Origin: Patescibacteria group bacterium
GTDB lineage: Bacteria > Patescibacteriota > Microgenomatia > UBA1406
Direction of reading: 5' to 3'
Length of the DNA: 64,000 nucleotides
NCBI GenBank assembly: GCA_041665145.1
Contig: JBAYJK010000003.1
Span: forward strand, 69,177 to 133,176
In this document: positions 18,275 through 28,175 of the stretch, piece by piece
Numbering within the stretch: the stretch's first letter is position 1
Layout of the letters: the number at the start of each line of letters is the position of its first letter
The notes under the pieces: model-generated
Told to the model about the DNA's origin: nothing
Databases searched by the model: none
Seen by the model: the letters and a program-made list of their open reading frames with translations, nothing else
Translations under genes and position numbers: made by a program

Positions 18275-19456
18275 TTAGAATATGTACAGCTCATCAGTTG
18301 CACGGGTAACTGCGGTATACAGCCAGCGTTTCCAATCCGATTCAGTCATCTTTTTAAATCGTTCTTCGAAAAGTACGACGCGCTTTGCCTGACTTCCCTG
18401 CGCTTTGTGCACAGTAAGTGCGTACCCGAAATCAAACAAATCCCCGATTGAAGTTTCTTTGCGATTTTCCGTAAAATTAAAAGGTGTGAGTGCGTCAAAT
18501 TGCGGTTTATACAGAAGACCGGAATAATTTTTATCTTCCCCATCCATCCGGATATCCGCCTCGTACCACATGATGTCTTTACTTTCTATCGTCATGATTG
18601 TTCCGAGCATGCCGTTAAAAATCTGATGTTGGTGATTGTTGCGCAAACAGATAACCCTATCCCCCGCTGAAGGTTCCGGATCTTCAAAACCGAGAGCTGT
18701 CCGAATAAATCGATTTAAGCGACGACGGGTATTGTTGTAACCGCACAATACCAATGTCTCGCTTGTATAGTTAGTCAAGAGTTCTGTCAAGAAATCACCC
18801 GCCTCCGTATCTTCCTTGGCATGTTTAATAACATATTGAGAATATCGTCCCACATCAATTACCCCTTTTGTTCGGGCGGCTATTGAAAGATCAATTATTG
18901 GGTCTCCTGCGGACTGGCGGTGAATCTGTTCCAAAAGAAGATTCGGTTTTTGCATCAGATTAAAATTCCCCGCAATCGGCGGGAGTTGTCCGTGGTCTCC
19001 GACGACGATCATCGGAATTTTGTACGAAACCAAATGATTCCAAATGGTGCTGTCTACCATGGATGCCTCATCGATAATAATAAGTTCTCGATCTATTTTT
19101 TCCTTTTTCTTCCACCCGGTAATTTCCTCCCGTTCGTTGATGACCGGTGTGTAAATAAGCGAGTGAATAGTGCCGATAGTATCTTGCGGGTAAAATGACT
19201 CGCTTTCCTTTATTTTAGTTTGCAATACTCGCGCAGCCTTACCGGTGTAGCTCGCAAAGCCCACCTTCAGTTTCGGATTTTTTTCATGAAGTGTATTTCT
19301 TAAAATAGAAATAAGTGTGGTTTTCCCCGTTCCTGCATAACCGCCGAGCGTTATGAATTGGCGGGTTAAACGCTCTTTTTCAAACCACGCGATGAGTGCG
19401 GAAAGTGCGTTCTCCTGGTCTTTCGATACCAGAAGTTTCTGAGCAGGAGTTGTCAT
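18275..19456 (-). CDS. SF1 RecD/Dda-like DNA helicase
   Basis: Walker A GGYAGTGKTT, IIIDEASM, VGDHGQLPPI, ALTVHKAQGSQ and YTAVTRA. Confidence 0.85.
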   Translation of the reverse strand: MTTPAQKLLVSKDQENALSALIAWFEKERLTRQFITLGGYAGTGKTTLISILRNTLHEKNPKLKVGFASYTGKAARVLQTKIKESESFYPQDTIGTIHSLIYTPVINEREEITGWKKKEKIDRELIIIDEASMVDSTIWNHLVSYKIPMIVVGDHGQLPPIAGNFNLMQKPNLLLEQIHRQSAGDPIIDLSIAARTKGVIDVGRYSQYVIKHAKEDTEAGDFLTELLTNYTSETLVLCGYNNTRRRLNRFIRTALGFEDPEPSAGDRVICLRNNHQHQIFNGMLGTIMTIESKDIMWYEADIRMDGEDKNYSGLLYKPQFDALTPFNFTENRKETSIGDLFDFGYALTVHKAQGSQAKRVVLFEERFKKMTESDWKRWLYTAVTRATDELYIF

Positions 19457-19541
19457 GGACGTAGTCTAGCAAATTATCTGACACATTAGTAAATTAATAT
19501 AGGATATTCATCCTAGTAAGTAGAGGAATCAGTCACCTCCT

Positions 19542-19560
19542 GGCAACTGCCGCAGTTGCC
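19542..19560 (-). terminator. hairpin GGCAACTG-CCG-CAGTTGCC abutting the stop of the DUF2079 gene
   Basis: An 8-bp perfect stem directly after the stop codon, but with no clear T-run. Confidence 0.35.
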
Positions 19561-21039
19561 TCAGGGGGTAATGAAATCTTTTCTTTTGAAGAGGTAGAAT
19601 TTGCCGATGTTACTTACCAGCTCATGCTCAGGGGAAATTGACATGGCTGCCACAATGTCCACATCTATCGGCTGATAGTTTCCCACAATTCTTTCCTCGG
19701 TAAGCACGGCCACAAAATCCGCTGAACTTGTCGCGTCAGGCATGGTGTAAGCGGTGAGCCGGTGAGTAAGATGTGGGCGCACATTACTGGACGCTGTAAT
19801 AGACGCCGATTGCGGAATAGTTTGTAAAACTTTTTCGAAAGCAATGTCATCTGCGTCCGGACGGAACACCCGTTGCCAGGTAGATGGAGTTGAAGGTAAG
19901 GGGCTATGGTGATAGTTTACCCGCACGGCTCCTACAACAGTAAGGAATAGAAACAAATAGAATAAAATATTTCGAATTGCAGATTGTTTAACTAACCTAC
20001 TCAGTATCTTTCGGACTATAAAAACTCCGAATATGGCAGCGATAACTAACGCAGGCGTTACGCCGCTGTCGTAGTGAAAAAAGGTACTGCGCATCTGAGC
20101 ATGTGTGCTGATGATATTAATAATAAGCTCCGGTAAAGCCAAAATAAGAAACGGAAAGCCCACAAGCGGAAGGAAGATAAACGGCTTCAGCAAATTCACA
20201 TAGTATGTCCACACATCAGGAGCTTTTAGAAAGCTGTCCAATAACCGATTGGAAGTGCTGGTGAATATGTCTTTCCCTGAATCGGAAAAGTTGTACCAGG
20301 AAAAAGCCCAATGAGCGTTGTTCGGGCTGAAATGAGGAATTACGATGAACACCGTTACATAAAACCACAGCGCGCCGGCGACAACCGTCAATGCTCCTAT
20401 TTTTTTGTATTGCGAAAAAACTGTTAAATACAGCCCGATCATGACAATGAACAGGGATATTTCCTCTTTGGTTATGAGGGCTAAAAAGACGAATACAGTA
20501 AACCATGTCCACCTTCGTGAATACGCAAAGTAGAAAACAGAAATAAGTAACGGAATTGCCAAAGAAACTGCGTGAAAATCATACATATTCGTCCATTGCA
20601 TTCCCGGATTCAATAAATAAAGTATGACAATTACGACCGCCGGAATTTTTTGCTTTAACACTTTTTGTGCCAAAAGATACGTCGGAATCGCTCCCAGCGC
20701 CAGAATCACCGACTGGGTTATGAGCAACATTCGTACGTTATTCCAGATAAGGTATATCGGTGACAGTAGCGCAAGCATTAAGTCCGCATGAATGGCAAAG
20801 CGTGAAATTACTCCGGAGCCACTCGTCAAACTAAAAAATCTACCGTTCAGGGTGCTCCATACTGTTTGATCCATGTTGGCCAGGTCGTAGTTGGAATTGA
20901 AAGATTCGTGCCGCAAAATAGTGTATTTCGAAAGGACAAGGGCATAGGCAACTATGAGTATTCCCACAACGATGATGTCCCAGTTCTTTTTCAGAAGCGT
21001 CAGAAAACCGTGCAAGGTAAGCGAGTTATTTTTTTTCAT
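19561..21039 (-). CDS. DUF2079-family polytopic membrane protein (putative glycosyl/arabinosyl-transferase-like)
   Basis: 492 aa with many TM segments. The N-terminal motif FNSNYDLANMDQTVWSTLNG is typical of DUF2079. Confidence 0.75.
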   Translation of the reverse strand: MKKNNSLTLHGFLTLLKKNWDIIVVGILIVAYALVLSKYTILRHESFNSNYDLANMDQTVWSTLNGRFFSLTSGSGVISRFAIHADLMLALLSPIYLIWNNVRMLLITQSVILALGAIPTYLLAQKVLKQKIPAVVIVILYLLNPGMQWTNMYDFHAVSLAIPLLISVFYFAYSRRWTWFTVFVFLALITKEEISLFIVMIGLYLTVFSQYKKIGALTVVAGALWFYVTVFIVIPHFSPNNAHWAFSWYNFSDSGKDIFTSTSNRLLDSFLKAPDVWTYYVNLLKPFIFLPLVGFPFLILALPELIINIISTHAQMRSTFFHYDSGVTPALVIAAIFGVFIVRKILSRLVKQSAIRNILFYLFLFLTVVGAVRVNYHHSPLPSTPSTWQRVFRPDADDIAFEKVLQTIPQSASITASSNVRPHLTHRLTAYTMPDATSSADFVAVLTEERIVGNYQPIDVDIVAAMSISPEHELVSNIGKFYLFKRKDFITP

Positions 21040-21979
21040 AATCTACCGGAATGTAATCTTTCATTTTATGTTGCCGAACCATAAGCTCGGCAATCAGTCC
21101 TATCGAAAACAACTGTAAACCCGCAAGCAGTAACAGTATTGATAGCATGAGTAATGGACGGTGTCCGATACTGATTCCCTGAAAATGTAATACGGATAAA
21201 TACGAGCCAAAAAGCACGCCGAACATTATGCTGAGTAAACCGATCGAGCCAAAGAGGTGCATCGGCCTCTCGGAAAAACGGCTCAAGAAACCTGTCGTCA
21301 TGTAATCGAAGAAACCTTGAAAAATTCGCGAACCACCATATTTGCTTTTCCCGTATTTACGTTCGTGGTGAATCACAGGTAGTTCTGTTACGGAAAAACC
21401 TTGTTGAAATGCCAAAAAAGGTATAAAACGGTGAAGTTCTCCATATAAAAACAACTCTGCAGTCACCGGAGTTTTGAACGCCTTCAAACCGGAGTTAAAG
21501 TCATGCAACTGTAAGCCGGAAGTTTTTTGCATAACGGCGTTAAACAACTTCGAGGCAAGCAGTTTGGTAAACGGATCTTTCCGGTTTTTCTTCCATCCAA
21601 CCACCAAATCATACCCTTCTTTGAGTTTGCTTAAAAGTAAAGGAATATTTTCCGGTCCGTCCTGCAAATCACCGTCCATGGTGACCACAATGCTACCGCT
21701 GACACGTTTAAATCCTTCGTTAAGCGCTGTTGATTTTCCCAAGTTTTTTCTGAAACTGACAATTTTGAGACGGAAGCTCTGTGATGAAATCTCCTGCAAA
21801 ATTTTAAGTGTGTTATCCGTCGAACCGTCGTTAATAAAGATCAATTCAAAAGTATATGCATGCAGTTTGGCGATACATTTTTCAGTTAAATACCGCAGAA
21901 GCTCCGGAATACTCCGAGATTCATTGTAAAGCGGAATGACTATCGAAATTAATTGTTTTTTTTGCATTATTCGAATCAT
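21026..21979 (-). CDS. family 2 glycosyltransferase (polyprenol-phosphate sugar transferase, GtrB/DPM1-like)
   Basis: SIVIPLYNE, FINDGSTD, MDGDLQD, plus two C-terminal TM helices. Confidence 0.9.
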   Translation of the reverse strand: MIRIMQKKQLISIVIPLYNESRSIPELLRYLTEKCIAKLHAYTFELIFINDGSTDNTLKILQEISSQSFRLKIVSFRKNLGKSTALNEGFKRVSGSIVVTMDGDLQDGPENIPLLLSKLKEGYDLVVGWKKNRKDPFTKLLASKLFNAVMQKTSGLQLHDFNSGLKAFKTPVTAELFLYGELHRFIPFLAFQQGFSVTELPVIHHERKYGKSKYGGSRIFQGFFDYMTTGFLSRFSERPMHLFGSIGLLSIMFGVLFGSYLSVLHFQGISIGHRPLLMLSILLLLAGLQLFSIGLIAELMVRQHKMKDYIPVDYEKK

Positions 21980-22416
21980 CTGTACTTATTAAAGTACTGC
22001 GAATACACTTTTAAAGTGTATTGAAAACCCGTATGAAGATTTTGAGGTAGATCATCTAGACGAAACCATTTCAGTTCATCTGCTTTTTCGGTCTCATTAA
22101 GTCTCACTTCCTTTGCATTAACTAAAACGAAAAATGGCACAGCTACCCAATGAGTTTTCTTTCCGTCATGTACCCGTAAAATAGAATGTGCGGGAAGTTG
22201 TTCCTGTATTTTTCCTTTACACCCGTACTCTTCCTCGACTTCTCTCAGCACACTTTCTTCGAGTGTCTGCCCGAACTCCAGTTGCCCACTTCCCGGGTCC
22301 CATGCACCATGCTCATCACGGCAATTTTTGCTCCGTTTGTGCAGCACGAAGTTTCCGTTTCCATCATTACAGTAGAACGGAGTGCTCACGCCGATGTAAT
22401 CGATGCCTATTTTCAT
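21976..22416 (-). CDS. NUDIX hydrolase
   Basis: Nudix box GSGQLEFGQTLEESVLREVEEEYG. Confidence 0.9.
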   Translation of the reverse strand: MKIGIDYIGVSTPFYCNDGNGNFVLHKRSKNCRDEHGAWDPGSGQLEFGQTLEESVLREVEEEYGCKGKIQEQLPAHSILRVHDGKKTHWVAVPFFVLVNAKEVRLNETEKADELKWFRLDDLPQNLHTGFQYTLKVYSQYFNKYR

Positions 22417-22422
22417 TTGCTG

Positions 22423-22962
22423 CTATTTTAAACCCTTTATATAACTAAACAATTCTTCCTCATAGCCGATTCTGTTCCACTCGGGTTTTTTGTCCCATAG
22501 AATGATTTGTTCGAGCTCTTCCCTGTCAATAAGTCGGAGCTGGTCTATTTCTTCTTTTTCGAAAGCAATGTTTTCTATGTTGCATTCCCACTGCAATACA
22601 AATAAGCCGATAAACTCGTGAGCATGTGGAGCTTTAAAAACTCCGTATTGTTTGAGATCGCTCCTACTTATTCGCAAACCGAGCTCTTCACGCAGTTCTT
22701 GAGTAGCAGTCTCCGCGTAGCCGTCATGAGGTCCGAGATGGCCTCCGAAAAAAGGTTCCCACTTGCCCGGGCTGGAATCCTTTTGCAAGGAACGCTGTTG
22801 GCACAGTATCTCCTGTTTACCATTCACAATCCACACGTGAGCTGTCCGATGCCAATACCCTTTTTTATGGACAATCTCGCGCTTGAGCGGTTCAATGGGA
22901 TGGTTATTTTCATCAACTACAAAAAGTATTTCGTCTTTATTTATCGTCATGGCTTTCTCCAC
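22423..22962 (-). CDS. NUDIX hydrolase (Idi-like)
   Basis: Nudix box GGHLGPHDGYAETATQELREELGL. The upstream HRTAHVWIVN...CQQRS segment resembles IPP isomerase-type Nudix proteins. Confidence 0.8.
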   Translation of the reverse strand: MEKAMTINKDEILFVVDENNHPIEPLKREIVHKKGYWHRTAHVWIVNGKQEILCQQRSLQKDSSPGKWEPFFGGHLGPHDGYAETATQELREELGLRISRSDLKQYGVFKAPHAHEFIGLFVLQWECNIENIAFEKEEIDQLRLIDREELEQIILWDKKPEWNRIGYEEELFSYIKGLK

Positions 22963-23672
22963 GTACCGAACCCGTAATCTGCGGGGTACAAAACAATTTC
23001 GTTCTCCCGTTTTTCTGCTTTCAGTATCTCAATAAGCTTATTACTTACCCACTCCGGGGTGAAATATGCTGACCCTGCCTTGTTACGCTCTTTTTTTTGC
23101 TCAAGCGTCAGCGCTTCCCCGGTACCGAATGGAGTAAGCGTGCTGCCGAGGGTTATGAGGCAAAATGATGGCTCTCTTTCTTTAAATTCCTCAGCTAAAC
23201 TGAGTGATAAACCACGAAGCGCAAACTTTGTTGAGCAATACAAAGATCTGTTTTTCATGGGAATAACACCCGCGCCTGATCCGATGTTTAAAACAATAGT
23301 TCCAGGATTGCTGAGTAATGGTAAAAGATTTTTCATAAGCACAAACGGTGCGGTAACATTTATGGCAAATGATGTTTCCCATTCTTCAACGGTTGCTTCC
23401 TCAATACTTTTGTAAATCCCAATTCCTGCAATATTAACTAGTACGTCAATTTTTGGAAAATCAGTTTTTATCCTACCAATTAGTTTTGAAAGCTCCTCTT
23501 TATTTGAAAGATCGCATGCATAATTCTTACATTTGTCAGGAAGTGTAGTAGCGATTTTTCTATGAGTAATAAGAATGAGTACAGCACCCTCTTCCAGCAA
23601 TTTAGCAATAAGTGTGCTTCCAATTCCTCCATCTGCACCGGTGACAAGAATTGTTTTTCCTGATAATTCCAC
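22947..23672 (-). CDS. short-chain dehydrogenase/reductase
   Basis: TGADGGIGS, NIAG, and YCSTKFAL (YxxxK). Confidence 0.9.
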   Translation of the reverse strand: MELSGKTILVTGADGGIGSTLIAKLLEEGAVLILITHRKIATTLPDKCKNYACDLSNKEELSKLIGRIKTDFPKIDVLVNIAGIGIYKSIEEATVEEWETSFAINVTAPFVLMKNLLPLLSNPGTIVLNIGSGAGVIPMKNRSLYCSTKFALRGLSLSLAEEFKEREPSFCLITLGSTLTPFGTGEALTLEQKKERNKAGSAYFTPEWVSNKLIEILKAEKRENEIVLYPADYGFGTWRKP

Positions 23673-23710
23673 GAGATTAGTTTAGCAGATTTAAACACCC
23701 GAGTATATAT

Positions 23711-23741
23711 TTGACTTATTGCAAATTATTTGCAATAATAT
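23711..23741 (+). promoter_or_regulatory. zur-znu promoter with a palindromic Fur/Zur-box candidate
   Basis: TTGACT (23711-23716), then the 17-bp perfect inverted repeat TTGCAAAT-T-ATTTGCAA (23719-23735), overlapping the -10 region (TAATAT 23736-23741). Confidence 0.6.
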
Positions 23742-23745
23742 TCAC

Positions 23746-24153
23746 ATGGATATTTCAGAAAACTTGAGAAGGCATGGGTGCAGAGTTACGAAACCTCGTT
23801 TGGAACTATTGAAGGTACTTGCTGACTTCCCACTGACTGTGCAGGAAATTTACGTAAGACTAGAAAAACGAAACAAACACATAGATCTTGCATCTGTTTA
23901 CCGTTCTCTTGAGCTTTTTGCCGATATGGGAATAGTTAACACTATAGACCTTGGAGAAGACAAAAAACGGTATGAATTGGTTGGTAATTCACATCACCAC
24001 CACGTGGTTTGCACTGAATGCAAGTCTATTCAAGATGTTGCTATGGATGAGCAACAGTTACTTGCGAGTGTAAAAATAAAGTCGAAGTTTAAGATAACTT
24101 CGCACAGTCTGGAATTTTTTGGTTTGTGTGAAAATTGTCAACACTCCAATTAA
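23746..24153 (+). CDS. zur: Fur-family metalloregulator, probably Zur
   Basis: Winged HTH, HHHHVVC-x2-C...CENC. It sits directly upstream of znuABC. The ATG at 23746 is preferred over the TTG at 23719, which lies inside the operator. Confidence 0.8.
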   Translation: MDISENLRRHGCRVTKPRLELLKVLADFPLTVQEIYVRLEKRNKHIDLASVYRSLELFADMGIVNTIDLGEDKKRYELVGNSHHHHVVCTECKSIQDVAMDEQQLLASVKIKSKFKITSHSLEFFGLCENCQHSN

Positions 24154-24169
24154 TTGTTTAATCGAATAA

Positions 24170-25060
24170 ATGAAAAGAATATATAAATATGCTGTCTTAT
24201 TTGCTTCAGTAGTAGTGGTTGTGTGTTTCTTGGCATTGTTGACTAATAATGCCAAGCCGCGTGGCCCGTCTGACAAACTGCAAGTTTCAACATCATTCTA
24301 TCCGTTGTATTTTTTTGCCTCCGAAATCGGCGGAAGCAATGCAACGGTGTATAACATAACGCCCGTCGGTGTGGAACCGCACGACTATGAACCAACTGCT
24401 CAGGATATTGCACGAATAGAAAACAACGATCTGTTGATTCTCAACGGAAAAGGATTGGAATCATGGGGAAATAGATTTACCAATTCGGGGTCGACGAAAG
24501 CGCATGTGGCTGTTGTGGGAGAGATTGATGCGACTTCAGATCCTCATGTGTGGTTAGATCCCAATCTTGCACGGATTGAAGTTCAAAAGATTGCTGACGC
24601 GTACACCAAGGTTGACCCGGCATATAGCAACGACTATATTTCCCGTACAGAAAAACTATTATTACAGCTTGACGAGCTTGATAAGGAGTTTACAGACGCG
24701 TTCAAGAATTGCTCACAGAAAAACTTTGTTACTTCACACGAAGCATTCGGATATTTAGCCAAGGCATACGGTTTAAAGCAAGTGCCTATAGCAGGCTTGT
24801 CTCCTGATGCTGAACCGTCGTCGCAACAGTTGGCGCGGGTAGCAAAATTCGCGAAAGATAATAACTTGAAGTTCATATTTTTTGAGAGTCTCGTCAGTCC
24901 GAAATTGGCAGAAACAATAGCACAGGAAGTCGCTGTAAAAACGCTGGTTCTTGACCCGCTTGAGGGAATAAGCGACACTGATAGTGCGGCAGGAAAAAAT
25001 TACTTTACGGTAATGCGGCAAAACCTTTTAAATTTGAGAACGGCGTTATCATGCAAATAG
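24170..25060 (+). CDS. znuA: zinc/manganese ABC transporter substrate-binding protein (TroA/ZnuA cluster 9)
   Basis: N-terminal anchor, EPHDYEP, DPHVWLDP, SHEAFGYL. Confidence 0.85.
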   Translation: MKRIYKYAVLFASVVVVVCFLALLTNNAKPRGPSDKLQVSTSFYPLYFFASEIGGSNATVYNITPVGVEPHDYEPTAQDIARIENNDLLILNGKGLESWGNRFTNSGSTKAHVAVVGEIDATSDPHVWLDPNLARIEVQKIADAYTKVDPAYSNDYISRTEKLLLQLDELDKEFTDAFKNCSQKNFVTSHEAFGYLAKAYGLKQVPIAGLSPDAEPSSQQLARVAKFAKDNNLKFIFFESLVSPKLAETIAQEVAVKTLVLDPLEGISDTDSAAGKNYFTVMRQNLLNLRTALSCK

Positions 25061-25812
25061 ACCATACTACAAACGTTATCGAGCTTAGAGACGTAAGTTT
25101 TTCCTATGGATCTGAAACGGTGCTTGATCATGTTAGTCTTAATGTTCACAAAGGTGATTATGTAGGTGTGATTGGCCCGAACGGCGGTGGGAAAACAACG
25201 CTTATCAAAATTCTGCTCGGTCTGTTGAAGCCGGATTCGGGAAGTGTGCGGCTTTTCGGTTCTGACATAGAAATATTTAAGCAACGTTCAAAGATAGGTT
25301 ATGTTCCTCAGAAGGCCACGAGTTTTGATAATGCATTCCCCGCTTCGGTTTTTGAAGTTGTCTCCATGGGTTTGTATGGTAAAAAAGGCCTGTTCCATGG
25401 TCTTGAAGCTACAGACAGAGAAAAGATTGCACGGGCACTTAGGCAGGTCGAAATGCTCGACTACAAAGACAGAATCATGAGTGATCTTTCCGGTGGACAG
25501 CAGCAGCGGGTGTTTATTGCCCGCGCACTTGCTTCCCACCCTGAAGTAATTATTCTTGATGAGCCGACGGTAGGTGTCGATGCGAAGACCCAGGCTTCGT
25601 TTTACAAACTGCTGAAGAATCTGCATCAGAATTTCGGTTTAACCCTGGTTTTAGTATCACACGATGTTGAGGTTGTCGCTCATGAAACAACAGAACTTGC
25701 ATGCGTAAATAAGACGCTTATTTACGACAGAAATCCGAAAGATTTCCTCGCCACGAACGGCCTTAAACGGATGTACAGCAAAGAAGTTAAATTAGTTTTT
25801 CATAATCACTAA
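25051..25812 (+). CDS. znuC: zinc ABC transporter ATPase
   Basis: Walker A GPNGGGKTT, LSGGQQQR, ILDEPT. Confidence 0.9.
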   Translation: MQIDHTTNVIELRDVSFSYGSETVLDHVSLNVHKGDYVGVIGPNGGGKTTLIKILLGLLKPDSGSVRLFGSDIEIFKQRSKIGYVPQKATSFDNAFPASVFEVVSMGLYGKKGLFHGLEATDREKIARALRQVEMLDYKDRIMSDLSGGQQQRVFIARALASHPEVIILDEPTVGVDAKTQASFYKLLKNLHQNFGLTLVLVSHDVEVVAHETTELACVNKTLIYDRNPKDFLATNGLKRMYSKEVKLVFHNH

Positions 25813-26615
25813 TGTTGGATATATTTCAGTACAGCTTTGTACTTCGCGGGTTTGAAGCGGGAATTATTGTTGCCATTATTGCACCGCTTATCGGAATATT
25901 TCTTGTCCTCAGAAGGTACTCTCTGATCGCAGATACGCTTGCGCATGTTTCGCTCGCCGGCATTGCCGTGGGGCTGCTTTTGAAAATTAATCCCGTGGTA
26001 ACCGCACTCGTCTCATCAGTATTCTCATCATTGATTATAGAACGTCTGCGTATCAGCAAACGAGTCTATGGTGAATCCGCGCTTGCCATTTTTCTTTCCG
26101 GAAGTTTAGCTGTTGCGGTTATTCTGATCAGTCTTGCGAATGGATTCAGTAGTAACATTATGAACTACCTCTTTGGCTCAATTGTGACAGTTACGCAATC
26201 CGATATATATATTATCGCGGGGTTCGGAGCGCTCGTAGTTGCTCTGATTTTTGCATTTTACAAGGAACTTGTTTTTGTCAGCTTTGACGAGGAAGCTGCT
26301 CAAGTTGCCGGCATACCGACAAGATTCATCAATTCTCTGCTTATTGTATTGGCCGCGTTGACAGTTTCTTTAGCAATTCCCATTATCGGGGTTTTACTTA
26401 TATCGGCACTGATGGTTATTCCTGTAGTCAGCGCACTGCAGTTTAAGAAAAGTTTTATCGCAACCATTTTTATTGCAGATGCTATTTCAATTTTTTCGGT
26501 GGTAGCCGGAATAATTCTGTCGTTCTATCTTAACTTGTCTACGGGGGGAACAGTAGTTTTGATAGCTATTGCCATTTTCATTCTTTCCCTTCTCAAAAAT
26601 CAGAAGAGAGGGTAA
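25812..26615 (+). CDS. znuB: zinc ABC transporter permease
   Basis: ABC-3 family polytopic permease in operon context. Confidence 0.85.
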   Translation: MLDIFQYSFVLRGFEAGIIVAIIAPLIGIFLVLRRYSLIADTLAHVSLAGIAVGLLLKINPVVTALVSSVFSSLIIERLRISKRVYGESALAIFLSGSLAVAVILISLANGFSSNIMNYLFGSIVTVTQSDIYIIAGFGALVVALIFAFYKELVFVSFDEEAAQVAGIPTRFINSLLIVLAALTVSLAIPIIGVLLISALMVIPVVSALQFKKSFIATIFIADAISIFSVVAGIILSFYLNLSTGGTVVLIAIAIFILSLLKNQKRG

Positions 26616-27129
26616 TCCAATATCGGCCGGTAGCGGGTTTATTGGGGTCTGACTGGATCGCGTTTTCAAGCATGCCGCCGTTTGCTTCGATAACTTTTTT
26701 CGAAGGTGTGTTCTCTACCGAACAAGTAACAAGCACTTTCTGCAACCCGATCTCTTTCGCTTTTTTCAATGCAAGTTCCAAAAGCTTCTTCCCCAACCCT
26801 TTTCCACGCATTGAAGGACGGATATCGTAACCAACATGACCGCCTTCACGCAATAAATAATCCGTGAGCTCATGACGAATGGCCACTCTGCCGATAATCT
26901 TTTCACCATCTACAAGCCAGAATGTTGATTGCGGAACGCGATCCGGCGGGAGATTCTCTCCCCGTGACTCTTTAAGAAGATGAGTTACATATACTTCAAA
27001 ATCTTTTTCAAGATCTGCTACTTTCAGCTCATAGATATCTCTCCGGTAAGGTGATTCAACGGCTTGATATTCCTTTACGGCATCAATAAACGACTGTTTA
27101 TATCGTACGTTTGGTTCTACGAGTTCCAT
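26593..27129 (-). CDS. GNAT N-acetyltransferase
   Basis: Acetyl-CoA motif RGKGLGKKLLELALKKAKEIG. Confidence 0.85.
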   Translation of the reverse strand: MELVEPNVRYKQSFIDAVKEYQAVESPYRRDIYELKVADLEKDFEVYVTHLLKESRGENLPPDRVPQSTFWLVDGEKIIGRVAIRHELTDYLLREGGHVGYDIRPSMRGKGLGKKLLELALKKAKEIGLQKVLVTCSVENTPSKKVIEANGGMLENAIQSDPNKPATGRYWITLSSDF

Positions 27130-27136
27130 GTGAGAA

Positions 27137-27469
27137 TTATACCACTAAGGGATCAAGGTCTTCCTGTGCCGGACCCTTAATTACCTTACCTTCTTTGGAA
27201 AACTTAGATCCGTGGCAGGGACAAACCCAATTTTTGTCTTTACTGCTCCAGTCGACAACACATCCTAAGTGTGGGCATACGGGTGAAAGCATAACATTCT
27301 CTTTCTCACTTTTCTTATACACAGCAACTTTTTTTCCATTCTGTTGAACAACAGCTCCCTCACCTTGCTTAAGGTCAGCAATAGTCTTGTCTGTTTTTCC
27401 GAATCTGCCTTTTATAAAATTGCCGGGAAAGTTCAAACCTTGCTTAAGAATGTTGGAAATATTTGTCAT
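27137..27469 (-). CDS. Rieske [2Fe-2S] domain protein
   Basis: CPHLGC...CPCHGSKF. Confidence 0.9.
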   Translation of the reverse strand: MTNISNILKQGLNFPGNFIKGRFGKTDKTIADLKQGEGAVVQQNGKKVAVYKKSEKENVMLSPVCPHLGCVVDWSSKDKNWVCPCHGSKFSKEGKVIKGPAQEDLDPLVV

Positions 27470-27542
27470 GTTGCAATTATAGTCTCTTTTTATGTTACAA
27501 GTTCACGTTTGATTTATCGACTTCAATATCCTATAATATTGT

Positions 27543-28175
27543 ATGCCAAAAGAGGTTAATTACCGAGAAGTGAAAGCAGAGAAACTGACGCCTTTATTTA
27601 AAGAAATAGAAATTGGGCATGGTCAGATACTTCCTCCACATTGCTGGGTTGAGTCTTCAGATTTCTACTACTGTGCTCTGCTTGTCGGAACAAATGGAGC
27701 CGGAGAAGTCCGTGTGGCGCACTCTAGCCCGAATGTAGAGCTGTATGATATTATGGCTTTCAGACATTTTACGTTCGGTTTCCCTCCAAACGTATTTCGG
27801 GAGCACCTGCCACAAATCTATCGGACTTTTGCACATATTGCCAAGTGCGATGCACAAGTACCGGGAATAGTTTACGCCTATGCGCGCCACGGAAGGGGTT
27901 ATCTGTGGAACGATCTTGAACTGGCCCGGGATTTAGTTTTTGAGTATCCGGAAAACACTGACTTATATACGGAACTAGGGTGGAACTTAGATTTGTTACG
28001 AAGTGCTCGTTTTACTCATGAGCCAATTGATGGTTCGTGTAAAGTCCCTTTTCATGCTGTTGTAGGCCTACAACAGTTTGGCGAAATGAGGAGATTGATT
28101 ACGAGCGTAACACAACCGGGAAAGCAATTGTACAGACATGTGATGGACTTTAGCTCTGTGATTACGAAAAATTAA
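27543..28175 (+). CDS. hypothetical protein (210 aa)
   Basis: ORF with TATAAT 5 nt upstream of the ATG. No motif recognised. Confidence 0.55.
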   Translation: MPKEVNYREVKAEKLTPLFKEIEIGHGQILPPHCWVESSDFYYCALLVGTNGAGEVRVAHSSPNVELYDIMAFRHFTFGFPPNVFREHLPQIYRTFAHIAKCDAQVPGIVYAYARHGRGYLWNDLELARDLVFEYPENTDLYTELGWNLDLLRSARFTHEPIDGSCKVPFHAVVGLQQFGEMRRLITSVTQPGKQLYRHVMDFSSVITKN

